Shown here piece by piece: positions 53,907-55,219 of a stretch of 55,219 bases of DNA (positions are counted from its first letter, which is position 1; every line of letters begins with the position of its first letter). The stretch lies in the IMG/VR virus record IMGVR_UViG_3300035498_000616; one strand, written 5' to 3'. The stretch comes from an uncultured virus (IMG/VR IMGVR_UViG_3300035498_000616). Lineage: Duplodnaviria; Heunggongvirae; Uroviricota; Caudoviricetes. Position numbers and translations under genes: made by a program. The notes under the pieces were generated by a model. That model worked only from the letters and a program-made list of their open reading frames with translations. It was not told where the DNA came from and made no database searches.

Positions 53907-54473
53907 ATGGAAAAAGAAATTAAAAAATTAGAAATTACTCTTGAAGAAGCCAAAGAATGGTATTTTAAGGGAGGTGAGTGGAGTAAACTTGCTTTGCGAG
54001 CTTATTCTAAAGAAGATCTTGAAGGATTATCTTCTTTAAAAACATGGGAAGATATTTCTCGGTTCCTCAAAGTTGCTTTAAGCGAAGATTATAATCCAAT
54101 GAATGTTTTGTTACGTCTTTATTATACAGTAAAGGCGTTAAATAAAACGAATCCTGAAAAGTTTCAATTTGATCAAGGAATTATTTATTATCCAGCATAT
54201 TACACCTTCGAAACTGAAGCACGATATGATGAATGTGTTTACGGAGAAGTTGGATATATTCCAGTTGGATATATTCAAAGTGGTGACAAGAAGTTGTTTG
54301 TTGCTGCCAAAGCAAATGCTTCTAAAGGCGGCATTGCTGGATTGTATTTAAACGGAGAACTTACACAGTTTAAATCAAAAGAAATTGCAGAGCATTTTAT
54401 CCGCAATTTCAGTAAGTTCTATTTAGACGTGGCGACATTAAATATGAATTCAATTTGTTCAATAATTAAATAA
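53907..54473 (+). CDS. Hypothetical protein, 188 aa
   Basis: Intact ORF (ITLEEAKEWY...LALRAY...FKSKEIAEHF). Confidence 0.7.
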   Translation: MEKEIKKLEITLEEAKEWYFKGGEWSKLALRAYSKEDLEGLSSLKTWEDISRFLKVALSEDYNPMNVLLRLYYTVKALNKTNPEKFQFDQGIIYYPAYYTFETEARYDECVYGEVGYIPVGYIQSGDKKLFVAAKANASKGGIAGLYLNGELTQFKSKEIAEHFIRNFSKFYLDVATLNMNSICSIIK

Positions 54474-54702
54474 TCATGGATTGGGAAATTTTAGAGCTAG
54501 CAGCCATGTTTATTATAATTGTGACTGCTTCATATTATGCACAATAATAACAGATTCATAGTAGGCTTGCAAGGTTGTATCTTCGGAGAATTTGATTCTC
54601 TTGAAGATGCAATTCTTGCTATTAACAGCTGGAAGAAAACAAGTGCGATAGCTGTTTATGAGATAGATCATATGGTAAACAATCAAGTAGTTAAAGAATA
54701 TT

Positions 54703-55032
54703 ATGATAGTCGTAGTAATACTTTCTATAGTAGTTGTGATATTAGTGGGAATAATTGCGATTAAAAATGAGCAAAACAATATCCTACAGAATAAAGTTGA
54801 TACTTATAAAATAATCGCAAATTCAGCTTATAAGTTTCCAACTGCACCTGATGTTCCGAAATATACTCTCTTTACAAGAGCTTTATTTCCGATTAAAACA
54901 GTGAGTACAAACTTACAAGATTGTATATCTTATTGTCATGGAGATTTTTATGTATTCAAGATTGTAAATAATACCGTTTCTAAAATATATAAAATAAAAG
55001 ACGGTAAAATTCATAGCGAAAATGAATTTTAA
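54703..55032 (+). CDS. Membrane-anchored hypothetical protein, 109 aa
   Basis: N-terminal hydrophobic helix. Confidence 0.55.
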   Translation: MIVVVILSIVVVILVGIIAIKNEQNNILQNKVDTYKIIANSAYKFPTAPDVPKYTLFTRALFPIKTVSTNLQDCISYCHGDFYVFKIVNNTVSKIYKIKDGKIHSENEF

Positions 55033-55219
55033 GTTTTATTACGAATTAAACAATCTGATAAAGTATTTACATGTAGCTTATAAGATTAACTACGGCGGAT
55101 GTTTAATGGTTGCTGCAACCATTAAAAAAGCACTAGATGAGAAACAATGTGAATGTAAAATCATGAAAATGACTACCTTAAAGAATGGTGTACATTATTT
55201 TGTACTTCTTGAAAATTCT
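55022..55219 (+). CDS. Hypothetical protein, truncated by the window edge
   Basis: MNFKFYYELNNLIKYLHVAYKINYGGCLMVAATIKKAL...GVHYFVLLENS, open to the end. Confidence 0.5.
   Translation, partial: MNFKFYYELNNLIKYLHVAYKINYGGCLMVAATIKKALDEKQCECKIMKMTTLKNGVHYFVLLENS

Overview
This window is part of a crAss-like (Crassvirales-type, probably Bacteroidota-infecting) phage genome. Bases 1-~47,330 are mostly minus-strand late genes: ring/tail proteins, capsid proteins, an M15 endolysin, tail fibres, portal and terminase. These genes read TAG as Gln, so the supplied ORF track fragments them, and I rebuilt them by hand by reading through TAG. Bases ~47,570-55,219 are small plus-strand early-type genes with essentially no in-frame TAG. 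Main finding: the amber-suppressor tRNA (anticodon CUA, Gln-type acceptor stem) is split inside its anticodon by a 969-nt group I intron carrying an HNH endonuclease. Self-splicing would therefore be needed to make the tRNA that decodes the recoded genes. Also present: a compact diversity-generating retroelement (TR/VR with 26 mismatches, all at TR adenines; no avd gene; the RT itself has a TAG codon), a type III hammerhead ribozyme ending a ~550-nt hairpin-dense non-coding region, a tRNA-Ile next to a tRNA-like RNA with no anticodon arm, a GC-rich swapped tail-fibre module, a 2,108-aa protein with CotH-kinase-like motifs, and candidate anti-defence genes. All calls come from manual reading; no database searches or folding programs were run.
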